Of a DNA stretch of 64,000 bases, positions 1 through 9,489 are shown in pieces. Below the pieces are notes generated by a model. That model searched no databases, had not been told where the DNA came from, and saw nothing but the letters and a program-made list of their open reading frames with translations. The stretch spans positions 3,456,001 through 3,520,000 of the forward strand of contig CBDCNP010000002.1 in NCBI GenBank assembly GCA_965219415.1, written 5' to 3'. This DNA is from Candidatus Marinacidobacterales bacterium (GTDB lineage: Bacteria; Acidobacteriota; Vicinamibacteria; Marinacidobacterales; DATDRI01). Each line of letters begins with the position of its first letter. The first letter of the stretch is position 1. A program made the translations under genes and the position numbers.

Positions 1-2
1 GG

Positions 3-1247
3 ATTCGACGCGGGAAGCTCATTCAAGTCGCCGGCGAGGTACCGGCGAGCGACGATGAAGTTATCACCCTTAGTGAGAGCGACTACATTCTGCCAGGATT
101 TTTCGACCTCCACGCCCACTATGCGCTCGACCTTTTCGGGCGTGGCCGCGTCGATGATACCCGTGCCTATCCGGCCATCTTTCTCGCCAACGGCGTGACC
201 TCGACTTTTCCCGCCGGGGAGGTGAACCCGGACCGGATGCGTGAGCTTCGCTTGCGGATAGATCGGGGCGAGTTACCCGGACCTCGCCTCTTCAACTCGG
301 GGCCTTACTTTGGAAACGCGCGCTACGACTGGAACCCGGAGATGACACCGGAGGAGATCCGCCGCGAAGTCGACGCATGGGTTGCCAAGGGAGTCCGTGG
401 CTTCAAGGCGAAAGGCATCAAGCCGCGGCAGCTCGAGGCTTTGATCGATCAAGCCCATCGACACGGGCTGACCGTCACCGGGCATCTGGATTCTGGCTTT
501 GATGGCAGCGTGAATCCCCGGGACGCGATCCTCATGGGGATCGATAGGGTGGAGCATTTTCTAGGCGGAGACGTTCTGTCCCCAGACAAACCTTGGTACT
601 CCTCGTTGGTTGACGTTGCGGCCGACGCCCCGGAGATCGCATCGATCGTGCGACTTTACCTGCAGCACCGGGTTTTCTTCGACGCGACCCTCGCCACTTA
701 CGCCTGCGCCGGCCGCGCGGACCCAGAAGTCTGTGCTTCGTATGTAGACGAGCAGAAGTACCTGACGCCCTACATGCGAAAGGACTTCGAAGTGACTCCA
801 CACAGCCAGCCGAGGGAGCTCTATGCGAACCTGTATCGCGTGAAGCGGTCGACGGTTCGAGCTTTCTACGAGGCGGGAGGTGGAGACCTCATCACGGTCG
901 GTACCGATCGCAGCCGGGGACAGTATCTTTCCGGCTTCCACATTCACCGGGAGATTCATGCGTTGGTGCGGACAGGAATTCCTAACGCGGCCGTGCTCAA
1001 GTTCGCGACGCGCAACGCTGCCCGGGCGCTCGGCGTCGAAAGCTTACTTGGCACGATCGAGACGGGAAAGCTCGCCGACCTGGTTGTGGTTCGAGGAAAC
1101 CCACTCGAGGATATCCGCAATACCCGAAACGTTCGTCTCGTCGTCAAGGCGGGAGTGCCTTATGACCCGAAAGAGCTCCTTGCTTCCGCCGAGGGACGGA
1201 TCGGACCGGCCGGACCCACAGATGTCCCTAACTGGGTAAGATGGTAG
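3..1247 (+). CDS. Amidohydrolase family protein (5' end outside window)
   Basis: Frame open from base 3: ILPGFFDLHAHY metal motif; C-terminal GTIETGKLADLVVVRGNPLEDI. Confidence 0.9.
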   Translation: MRRGKLIQVAGEVPASDDEVITLSESDYILPGFFDLHAHYALDLFGRGRVDDTRAYPAIFLANGVTSTFPAGEVNPDRMRELRLRIDRGELPGPRLFNSGPYFGNARYDWNPEMTPEEIRREVDAWVAKGVRGFKAKGIKPRQLEALIDQAHRHGLTVTGHLDSGFDGSVNPRDAILMGIDRVEHFLGGDVLSPDKPWYSSLVDVAADAPEIASIVRLYLQHRVFFDATLATYACAGRADPEVCASYVDEQKYLTPYMRKDFEVTPHSQPRELYANLYRVKRSTVRAFYEAGGGDLITVGTDRSRGQYLSGFHIHREIHALVRTGIPNAAVLKFATRNAARALGVESLLGTIETGKLADLVVVRGNPLEDIRNTRNVRLVVKAGVPYDPKELLASAEGRIGPAGPTDVPNWVRW

Positions 1248-1298
1248 TCTCGCCGGGCTACTATCCGGTGACCAGACCGGACGGGACGGCGGGGTTCC

Positions 1299-1445
1299 CG
1301 TCCTGTGCCAAAACTCGGCCCTTTAGAAATAGACCACAAATCAGCAGCTTAGACGCCCTTGGAATCCGCGCAGAATCCAGGGTATTTCGCGCCGCAGGGC
1401 TGACTTCCGACCCATGGGCTGGCGGATGAATAAATAGAAGGCACA
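1299..1445. mobile_element. 147-bp hybrid MITE (end A CGTCCTGTGCCAAAACTC ... end B GAATAAATAGAAGGCACA), copy 1
   Basis: Near-identical copies at 20910-21056 and 47849-47995 with different flanks. Confidence 0.75.
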
Positions 1446-1686
1446 GGAGATTAGATCTTTCTTAATGCAATATAAATATCACCACATAAACACTTTAACT
1501 GTTTGTCCCGGTGGTCGGCCTGAAGATCGCGAACTAAATTTCTCACCCGGCGATGCCAGACCTGCGTATTCATAAAATAGGATGTCGTGCAAGGCTGATA
1601 CTGGCACAGAGGTCAGTTTCTCTATGGTGCCAAAAACCCGTTAGAGAATAGAGTCCATGCCGACGGCAAAAACCACCGAGAGCCAC

Positions 1687-2007
1687 CCCGTCCTGTGCCA
1701 AAACTCGGCCCTTTTGAAAGACCATGGCTGTAATTTAATGCACCGTAAAGTCTTAGCGTCATTTTACCAACACTTAACGGCGGAAGCACCCATGAGGTCT
1801 GTGTGAGCAGCAGGGCTGCCCGATCGAACAACGGCTGCCTGACCAACAGTAGGATTTGCACATGGTACGTCATGATGGATCCGAAGATAACACCCTCGGG
1901 CCAGACGATTGTAAAGCCCACAGCCCTTGGCACCGTCGCAAAACACAGACGCTAAGCTGCTGATTTATCGGCTATTTCAAGAGGGCCGAGTTTTGGCACA
2001 GGACGGG
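1687..2007. mobile_element. Cluster of IS-end fragments (two opposed A ends, partial IS1-type MITE ending at 1790)
   Basis: CCCGTCCTGTGCCAAAACTCGGC at 1687 (+) and ending 2007 (-); ...GGCGGAAGCACC ending 1790. Confidence 0.7.
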
Positions 2008-2019
2008 AGCCTGTTGGTT

Positions 2020-2356
2020 TCCGGTGTGACGATACCGACGACTTCTGCCAAGAGTTTCCGGCCAAGCGCCTTACCCTTTACCGCGAGCCGATGTCGCTCG
2101 TCGTCCGTGAGGCGAAGCTTCCTCCCGCGAAGCCGAGCTTTGAGGACTCTGTTCTCCTCGAGCAAGTAGACGATAGCCGCCTGTTGGTCACGCTGGACCC
2201 AACCAGTGATGCCGACCACCAACCATGTCAAGGGCTGCATCGGCGTGCTCATGACCGAGGATTCTAGCTTCCATTGGCAAACCAAGCCTAGACACCTCTC
2301 ATCCGATACGGCCCGGCGCGCCGGTCTTGAGTTCGTTTGTGTTTTTGGACACGACG
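2020..2356 (-). pseudogene. IS481-like rve transposase N-terminal fragment with left end CGTCGTGTCCAAAAA
   Basis: MSTPMQPL...YLLEENRVLKARLRGRKLRLTDDER..., homologous to the N-termini of the transposases at 15976-17043 and 34015-35082. Confidence 0.75.
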
Positions 2357-2383
2357 GCCGTCAAACTCGCCTGTCTGCTGCCG

Positions 2384-3712
2384 CTACTTCTTCGCGGGCA
2401 TCAGCTCTCTGAGCGCGATGACGGTAGCGATGACGCCGCTTCGGACCGCAGGCTCGGGCGCGATCTCGAAGAGTGGCGAATGGTGTGACGGCACCGGAGG
2501 CCCGCCTGCGGCTTCTCTTTCGAAACTCTCTTTGGGGGTGCCGCCAATCCCGAAGTAGGCGCTGGGGACGTAAGGCTCCATCGTCAAGAACGGAAAGTCC
2601 TCACCGCCCATCCCTTCTCGCTGATAGTCGGCGAAAGCGTCATCGCCGAGCTCCGAGCGCCAACGAGCCTCCAATCTCTTGACCAGAGTGGTGTCGTTCA
2701 CGGTGACGGGCACACCTCCCTTCATCTCGACGCGGGGAAGCCGCTCGTCCGGAAGTCCCGCGGCCCGGCCGATGTTCACTGCGATCCGTTCGATGCCCTC
2801 CAAGAGTTTCTGGCGGGTTTCCTGGGTGTCGGAGCGCACCGTGAGCTCGAGCACGGCTTCCTCGCCGATCACGTTACGCTTATTGCCGGCTCGGAATACA
2901 CCGACAGTTACGACGCCGGGCTCTCGCGGGCTCAGCTCTCTCGAAACCAGTTGCTGGAGTGCGACGACGATCTGCGCTCCAATGAGCACGGGGTCTTTTC
3001 CGCGGTGGGGACTCGCGCCATGGGCGCCGATGCCGGACACGATGATGTCCACGCTGTCGACACCCGAGTACGCCGCACTCTCGGCGACGTGGAGCTTTCC
3101 AGCTTCGATGTCGGCAGCCACATGAAAGGCGAGGGCGTAGTCCGGCTGGCCAAAGCGCTCCCACAGCCGATCCTGGTGCATCGCCTGAGCGCCCGAGATC
3201 TTCCACTCTTCCGCAGGCTGGCCGATGAGCATCAGCGTACCGGACCAGGAATCGAGCTCGGCGGCCATCCGTCGCGCCGTCCCCACGAGAGAGGTAATGT
3301 GCACGTCGTGCCCGCAAGCATGCATCACGGGAAATTCCTGTCCGTCGTCATTGACCTGCGTGACGGTCGAGGCGTATGGAAGATCGGCGAGCTCCTTCAC
3401 GGGAAGTCCGTCCATGTCGGCACGCATCATGACGAGGGGTCCGTCGCCATTCTCCATGATGGCCACCACGCCCGTTCTTCCGACACCCTCGGTAACCTCG
3501 AAACCCGCGTCGCGGAGCTCCTTGGCGAGTCGCGCCGCGGTCTTGACCTCGACGAACGACAGCTCGGGGTTCGCGTGAAAGTGCTTGAAGAGCGCGTCGA
3601 GGTGAGCATCGTAGTCCGCCTTGACCGCCGACTCGAGCTTGTCGTCGGCTCGCGATTCCACCGACAGTGTCACGAGAGTCGCAATGGCTACGCTTGTTGC
3701 TAGGAACTTCCT
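2384..3712 (-). CDS. M20D amidohydrolase/peptidase with signal peptide; start codon apparently lost
   Basis: HANPELSF, RADMDGLP, MHACGHDVH, GEDF and HHSP motifs; N-terminus abuts a transposase stop codon. Confidence 0.88.
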   Translation of the reverse strand, partial: RKFLATSVAIATLVTLSVESRADDKLESAVKADYDAHLDALFKHFHANPELSFVEVKTAARLAKELRDAGFEVTEGVGRTGVVAIMENGDGPLVMMRADMDGLPVKELADLPYASTVTQVNDDGQEFPVMHACGHDVHITSLVGTARRMAAELDSWSGTLMLIGQPAEEWKISGAQAMHQDRLWERFGQPDYALAFHVAADIEAGKLHVAESAAYSGVDSVDIIVSGIGAHGASPHRGKDPVLIGAQIVVALQQLVSRELSPREPGVVTVGVFRAGNKRNVIGEEAVLELTVRSDTQETRQKLLEGIERIAVNIGRAAGLPDERLPRVEMKGGVPVTVNDTTLVKRLEARWRSELGDDAFADYQREGMGGEDFPFLTMEPYVPSAYFGIGGTPKESFEREAAGGPPVPSHHSPLFEIAPEPAVRSGVIATVIALRELMPAKK

Positions 3713-3835
3713 ATGCGGCGTCGCGGTGGTAATAACTGAGCAAGCCGCCCAATCGCTTACGACATCGCACCCTCCCGTGAGGACTGCCGACGCATTCTTC
3801 CGCTTCGAGCAACGCGTTCGACGATCCACAATCCC
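3711..3835 (-). pseudogene. rve transposase C-terminal fragment
   Basis: GRVRCRKRLGGLLSYYHRDAA*. Confidence 0.75.
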
Positions 3836-4262
3836 GCCTGCCTGCCATCGACCGGCTGGAGGACTTCCGTCCAGGCGGTTCCAGCTTGTACCGCCGTGTG
3901 CTGGTGCCCGCCACGGTCCACGGAGTCCGGGAGCTCGCTTGGGTCTACACGGTCGAGGCGACCCGCGTCAAACGGCGCCAGATCGTATCCGGCTGCTGGC
4001 CGAATTAATACGCTCACTGTCCGGTTGAAAACACAGACACTAAGCTGCTGATTTATCGTCTATTTCAAAAGGTCCGAGTTTTGGCACAGGACGGGGTGGG
4101 CGTCCTGGTCGCGTGCCCCGGTTGCGGTGCGCCCGCTGAGCACATCGAAGGCTGGCAAGAGACTGATTACAAGCACGACCGGAGCTACGTTGGCGCGAGA
4201 TGCACGGTGTGCGGGTGGTCAGAGAGCTCAGAAAAATAGGCTGCAGCAATTAGTCCCCGAGG

Positions 4263-4428
4263 GGTGCTTCCGCCATCAAGTGTTGGTGATACGACGCTAA
4301 GACTTTACGGTACATTAAGTTACAGCTAAAATAGCGCTCGTGACCTTCGCTGCGCGCTAAATGGAGCGTAAGCGCCTTTTTTGCAAAGGAATGCGTACAC
4401 ATCATCAACAGTAAACAGCGCAAGCACC
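4263..4428. mobile_element. 166-bp IS1-type MITE
   Basis: Ends GGTGCTTCCGC / GCGCAAGCACC resemble the IRs of the IS1-family element at 53941-55140; six full-length copies in the window. Confidence 0.85.
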
Positions 4429-4636
4429 ACATCTTCTTGGCGACGACGATTCCTTTGTGGTCGCGGATCGAGGTTTTCGTGCTCAGTAGGGCGCGCAACC
4501 CGGTCTCTTCCGCACCTGTACCACTGCTCGCAGCCGCGTAGCAACACTTGATGGCGGAAGCACCCTAAATGGAGCGTAAGTGCCTCTTTTGAAAAGGGAT
4601 GCATATACATCACCAACAGTAAACAGCGCAAGCACC
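4429..4636. mobile_element. IS1 3'-end fragment plus partial MITE
   Basis: Matches ~55005-55140, followed by the right part of the MITE. Confidence 0.75.
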
Positions 4637-4637
4637 A

Positions 4638-5132
4638 TCATGGCTGCGACTCCCTGGATTGCGAATCGCCATCGTCGACCTCTGGTTCAGCAGCCTCCGG
4701 CTCAGCAACCTCTGGTTCAGCAGCCCCTGGCTCAGCAGCCTCCGGTTCAGCAGCCTCCGGTTCAGCAACCTCTGGTTCAGCAGCCCCTGGCTCAGCAGCC
4801 TCCGGTTCAGCAGCCTCTGGTTCAGCAGCCTCTGGCTCAGCAGCCTCCGGTTCAGCAGCCTCCGGTTCAGCAGCCTCCGGTTCAGCAGCCTCTGGTTCAG
4901 CAGCCTCTGGCTCAGCAGCCTCTGGCTCAGCAGCCCCTGGCTCAGCAGCCTCCGGTTCAGCAGCCTCTAGCTCAGCAGCCTCTGGCTCAGCAACCTCTGG
5001 TTCAGCAGCCTCCGGTTCAGCAGCCTCTGGCTCAGCAGCCTCTGGCTCAGTAGCCTCCGGTTCAATAGCCTCCGGTTCAGCAGCCTCCGGTTCAGCAGCC
5101 TCCGGTTCAGCACGTGAGGTCAAAATACTCAT
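4638..5132 (-). CDS. Acidic (AAEPE)n low-complexity protein fragment; ATG supplied by the adjacent IS end
   Basis: ORF of ~29 pentapeptide repeats; first codons MSILTS lie in the IS right-end sequence also seen at 15960-15979. Confidence 0.45.
   Translation of the reverse strand: MSILTSRAEPEAAEPEAAEPEAIEPEATEPEAAEPEAAEPEAAEPEVAEPEAAELEAAEPEAAEPGAAEPEAAEPEAAEPEAAEPEAAEPEAAEPEAAEPEAAEPEAAEPEAAEPGAAEPEVAEPEAAEPEAAEPGAAEPEVAEPEAAEPEVDDGDSQSRESQP
4679..5111. repeat. 15-bp tandem repeat (CAGCAGCCTCYGGYT), about 29 units
   Basis: Directly visible. Confidence 0.95.
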
Positions 5133-5953
5133 GCGGCTTCCCGATGGTAGAAACGTAGCAACCCGCCAAGCCGTTCACGGGAGCGCACCTTGCGCTCGGA
5201 CTGAGGTAACTGGTCGCTGGCTGGGAACAGCAGCAGATTCTCCCCCCAAGTGGCAACGGTCCTCGTGATAGTAGCTGATGTAAGCTCGTACGAGCCGGAT
5301 GAGATGATATGCGCCGAGAACCACGACGTGCTCAAGGAGCTCGCGACGGCAGCTGCCGACCCACCGCTCCGCGGTTCCGTTTTGCCATGGGCTGCGAAAC
5401 GAAGTGCGAACGGGTTTTGTGCCCGTTGCTTTGATGAACTCGATGACCGCAGCGCTAAAGATGAAGTCGCGGTCGAAGATGAGATATTTCGGAGCAGTGT
5501 CGTAGGGAAACGCCTCACGCAGTTGCTGAATAACCCAAGCAGACGTCGGGTGGAACGTGGCGTTGAAGTGAACGATGTGCCGACGGCCGTGCTCGATGAC
5601 GAAGAAGCCGTACAGCAGCCGGAGCGACGCGGTGGGCACGGTGAACAGATCCATGGCGGCGATATCGTCTTTATGGTTGCGCAAGAAAGCCATCCATCGC
5701 TTCAGCTGGTCGGGCTCCGCAGGATGCCGCGGTAGGTATCGCGACACCGTAATCTCGGAGATGATGAAACCGAGCTTGGTGAGCTCAGCATGGATGCGTG
5801 GCGCCCCCCAGCCGTCTTGCGCCATCGTGCGGACGAGGCGGCGAATCTCGGCATCAATCCGAGGCCGACCGGGATGGCGGCGCTGCGACATCTTTGCCCA
5901 GTACCGTCGGAATCGGTCGCGATGCCAACGGGCCACGAACCTCGAAGAGCAAC
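5112..5953 (-). pseudogene. Chimeric rve transposase fragment (type C middle joined to type E 3' end and right IR)
   Basis: ~5245-5953 matches 50843-51597 apart from one internal deletion; 5112-~5240 matches 15960-16090. Confidence 0.8.
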
Positions 5954-6069
5954 CCCGTCCTGTGCCAAAACTCGGCCACTTTGAAATAGACCATAAATCA
6001 GCAGCTTAGTGTCTGTGTTTGCGACCGGGCCAAGGGCCGTGGGCTTTACAATCGTCTGGCCCGAGGGTG
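5954..6069. mobile_element. End A with extended interior
   Basis: Same sequence at ~1890-2007 (-), 7127-7212 and 60949-61050. Confidence 0.7.
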
Positions 6070-6147
6070 CTCTCTTCAGATCCAGTACCATCCATTGACC
6101 ACCAGCAGAGCCACCGGCGCACGCCGCTAGCCATCGCACTTCCTGGA

Positions 6148-7126
6148 TCAGCTGCCGGAAGAGAGAGCAAGCCGGTTTCCCGCATCGCCGAGCCATTCAT
6201 CCAGTTTCGACCACCGCCGCCGTCCCGAGACATTGCGCACGGCGATGGCCACAGCCTTCTTCTGGCCGACCAGCACAACCAGCCGTTTGCCGCGTGTCAC
6301 GCCGGTGTAGAGCAGATTCCGCTGCAACATAACGTAGTGCTGGGTCAGAACGGGGATGACGACGGCAGGATACTCCGAACCCTGGCTCTTGTGAATGGTT
6401 GCAGCGTATGCCGGAACCAGCGTGTCAAGCTCGCCGAAGCCATAGGCGACGGCGCGCCCGTCGAAATGCGCGGTCAGCTCGCCGTCATCGGGATCGACAT
6501 CGTCGATATAGCCGATGTCGCCGTTATAAACCTCCTTGTCATAATTGTTTTCGATCTGCATCACCTTGTCGCCGGGCGCGAAGGTCCAGCCGAAGCGCTC
6601 GACCTTGCGCTCTCCGGCTGGATTGAGGGCGGCCTGCAGCTCGATGTTGAGCGAGCGGGCGCCGACGCCGCCGCGGTTCATCGGGCACAGCACCTGGATG
6701 TCGCGGACCGGATCGAGCCCGAAGCGCTTTGGGATGCGCGTCTTCACCAATTCGATGATTCGCGACACCGCGGTTTCCGGGTTGTCCGCCTGCACGAAGT
6801 AGAAGTCGCTGTCGGCCTCGGGCTTCGAAAGATTGGGAATGAAACCCCGGTTGATCCCGTGCGCGCTGGTAACGATCCGGCTTCGCGCGGCCTGACGGAA
6901 AATCTCGGTCAGCCGCACGACCGAGACGGCACCGGAGGCGATGATGCTGGCCAGTACCTGGCCCGGACCGACCGAGGGCAGTTGGTCGATATCTCCCACG
7001 ATCAGTAGCGCGGCAGTGTCGGGGACCGCCTTCAGCAAGGCCTGCATCAGCATGACGTCCACCATCGAGGTCTCGTCAACGACCAGCAGGCCGCAATCGA
7101 GAGGGTTGTTGCCGTTGCGCTTGAAC
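6148..7126 (-). pseudogene. recD2: RecD2-like SF1 helicase C-terminal fragment, 5'-truncated by end A
   Basis: [42 protein letters not shown] motifs. Confidence 0.9.
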
Positions 7127-7391
7127 CCCGTCCTGTGCCAAAACTCAGCCCTTTTGAAATAGCCCATAAATCAGCAACTTAGAGTCTGTGTTTGCGGCCG
7201 TGCCCAGGGCCGAGCGCGAACAAACGACGAAATCATGCAGGCATAGTCCCGGCAGATCGGAGACCGATCAGGTTCGGGGCGCGCGGATGAATAAATAGAA
7301 GGCACAGGCGGAGTTTCGCCGTCTTCGGCCCGGAATTCAAGCGGAGCGTAAGTCCTTGATTTCGTGGGCGGAGCAGTTTTGACGATGCACA
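7127..7391. mobile_element. Stacked IS-end fragments (A, B and C ends)
   Basis: A at 7127, B ending 7306, C left end ending 7391. Confidence 0.7.
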
Positions 7392-7402
7392 ACTGGCATG
7401 AC

Positions 7403-9151
7403 TCAGTTCGAGTTGACGAGTGAGGCCTTACCGGCATTGCCCGGGTAGTACCTGTCATGGTTCCCGGGTCCTGATTCCCGATCGGTGGACATGCCAGTCG
7501 CTGGTTCCAAGAAGTTATTCCTCGTATCACCGCGGGTCTCGGTGAGCTCCGACAGTCCTTGTTCGATGACCGATCGTAGCCAGGCGGTGAACTCTGGATG
7601 CGGGGCAAATCCAGTCCCGTACCGATACTTCAGACCATCGAGGTAACGCGTGGCCGAGCCCCGCCCGGTAGTGCGTACCGGGAGAACGAGCGCAATGCCG
7701 TCGTCTTTGGATGCAGCCTCCACATCAGCACGAATGGCCGCCACCGCGTCTCGCCGTTTATCGGGCCAGTCTTCCCTCCAAGTGTGGTAGCGGATCGCTC
7801 GGAAACCGTCCCAGTGCTCGCCGATATCCCGCGCCAAGCTCGCGAGCAGTTCGAGCCAGCGGTCGTTGACATCGTCGTTGCCGCTTCCATGCCCAACCAA
7901 CACGATGGTCTCTCGGTTGGGGGCGGTACTGATCTCGTCGACCCGATCGACAAGTGCCCGAGCGAGGTGCTGGCTAGCAGCTACACCTCCCGCAGTATGG
8001 AAGACAAGGCCGCTACGGACCCTTCGCGGAAAACTGCGATAATCGGGCCTCAGACCCAGCACGTATTCCGCCTTGGTTCGAAAACTGGACTCCATGAAGA
8101 ATATGCGCACCACCAATGCCGCCCGAACTCCCCGCACCTCGAGTTTTCGCACCGCGTTCTCGATGAGCAGAGGGTCGACCATGCTAAAGGCATCCTCAGT
8201 TACATACTCGTCACGAATAGGGGAGATTCCGCGACGCATGGTCTCGTTCCAATTGTAATCACTGCCGTGCGGCACCAGGATGACGCCGATGTCCTCTCGG
8301 CCGAGCGGCAAGGCGTGGTTCACGCTTTTTTGCAGCCAGTGGCCGACGTTCGCGTGCGGCAACACCCCCCGTCCGTCGGACACGATACCGGAGAATTCAC
8401 GCATTCTTCTTTTCAGGTAGCTCCACTCCGACATCATGGTCGTGTATTTCATTCCAAGACTGAACGGGACGACCAGAGTACGTTTCTCGCCGGTGCAGAC
8501 GGATTCCAGATCCTTCATCATTCCCTCGATGGATGCGCTGCGAGCCTCCTCGGTCTCGGCACCGTCATGGATGACGTAGAGGCGGCCGCCTGCTAGACCG
8601 TACTTCTTGGCCGCTCGATCCACCAGCGGTTCGAGGTCCTCCCGGATACCGGACTCTGCAGTGCTGGAGTTAGCGCCCGCCGTTATCACGACGAGTTGCT
8701 CGTTGCCGACATGCGAGGGGGCGAGCGCTTCGACGCGGTCAAAGAGGATTTCCTCCGCCAGGTAGCTTGCTCCCAGTGGAATGCCGAAGGAAACAAGCGG
8801 TCCTCCGAAAGCGTCGAGTACCCCTTGAGCCTTCTTGTAGAGCGCGTCGTGCTTGGACAAGAAAAGGGGCAGGACCACCACCCTCGCGGTCTGCCCTTCC
8901 GTTGGAAGAGACTTCCACACGTTGCGTAGGTTCTCCTCAGCCCGCTCTTGCGTGACGAACGCTAGTTGTGCGTCATCGACAGAGGTCGCGAAGTCCGCAA
9001 AAACTTCGCGGACTTCCTCGTTACCGAGAAAGCCTCGATCAGGTGCGATCACTAGAAATGCCGTGCGAGTGCCAGCCGTAGCAGTCGGTAAGCCTAGGCC
9101 TAACAACGGAACAACGATGATGAGCACTCTTAACGTTGTGGGTATACGCAA
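7403..9151 (-). CDS. Secreted tandem CbiX/SirB-like chelatase-domain protein
   Basis: Signal peptide; VVVLPLFLS, ILVPHGS and VLVGHGSG motifs; TTG start with AAGGAG RBS. Confidence 0.7.
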   Translation of the reverse strand: MRIPTTLRVLIIVVPLLGLGLPTATAGTRTAFLVIAPDRGFLGNEEVREVFADFATSVDDAQLAFVTQERAEENLRNVWKSLPTEGQTARVVVLPLFLSKHDALYKKAQGVLDAFGGPLVSFGIPLGASYLAEEILFDRVEALAPSHVGNEQLVVITAGANSSTAESGIREDLEPLVDRAAKKYGLAGGRLYVIHDGAETEEARSASIEGMMKDLESVCTGEKRTLVVPFSLGMKYTTMMSEWSYLKRRMREFSGIVSDGRGVLPHANVGHWLQKSVNHALPLGREDIGVILVPHGSDYNWNETMRRGISPIRDEYVTEDAFSMVDPLLIENAVRKLEVRGVRAALVVRIFFMESSFRTKAEYVLGLRPDYRSFPRRVRSGLVFHTAGGVAASQHLARALVDRVDEISTAPNRETIVLVGHGSGNDDVNDRWLELLASLARDIGEHWDGFRAIRYHTWREDWPDKRRDAVAAIRADVEAASKDDGIALVLPVRTTGRGSATRYLDGLKYRYGTGFAPHPEFTAWLRSVIEQGLSELTETRGDTRNNFLEPATGMSTDRESGPGNHDRYYPGNAGKASLVNSN

Positions 9152-9489
9152 TTTTGCGTCTCCTTGAATGTTATGCCTACGGCATGCCTCGGGCACTGCC
9201 TTGCTTTGCCTCGAGTACCGCCATCAGGTTCATTTTTGGTGCGTTGGTGATCCGGTGGCGCGGAAAGAACCGATTGAAAAAGGTCCGACGCCGCATCCAG
9301 CTCCCCTCGACGCGCCATGGTGTTGGCCAAATTCCCGCTTGAGTGTCAGAATGACGCAATTCACGCGCAGGTGGAAAGGTCGGTCCGGCAGCACTGATAC
9401 ACGGCCAATTGCGAACCGCTGGCTAGCGTTTCCGATTCGTGATGGCGATTGCATGCGTGTTCCCTTTCACTTTGGCTCGTCAGTCGTGG

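Noticed and set aside
4580-5053. Plus-strand (QQPxx)n ORF
   Set aside because: Shadow of the 15-bp repeat; starts inside a MITE
6019-7008. Long antisense ORFs (also 7598-8596, 2951-3703, 11674-12537)
   Set aside because: Shadow frames of GC-rich genes on the opposite strand
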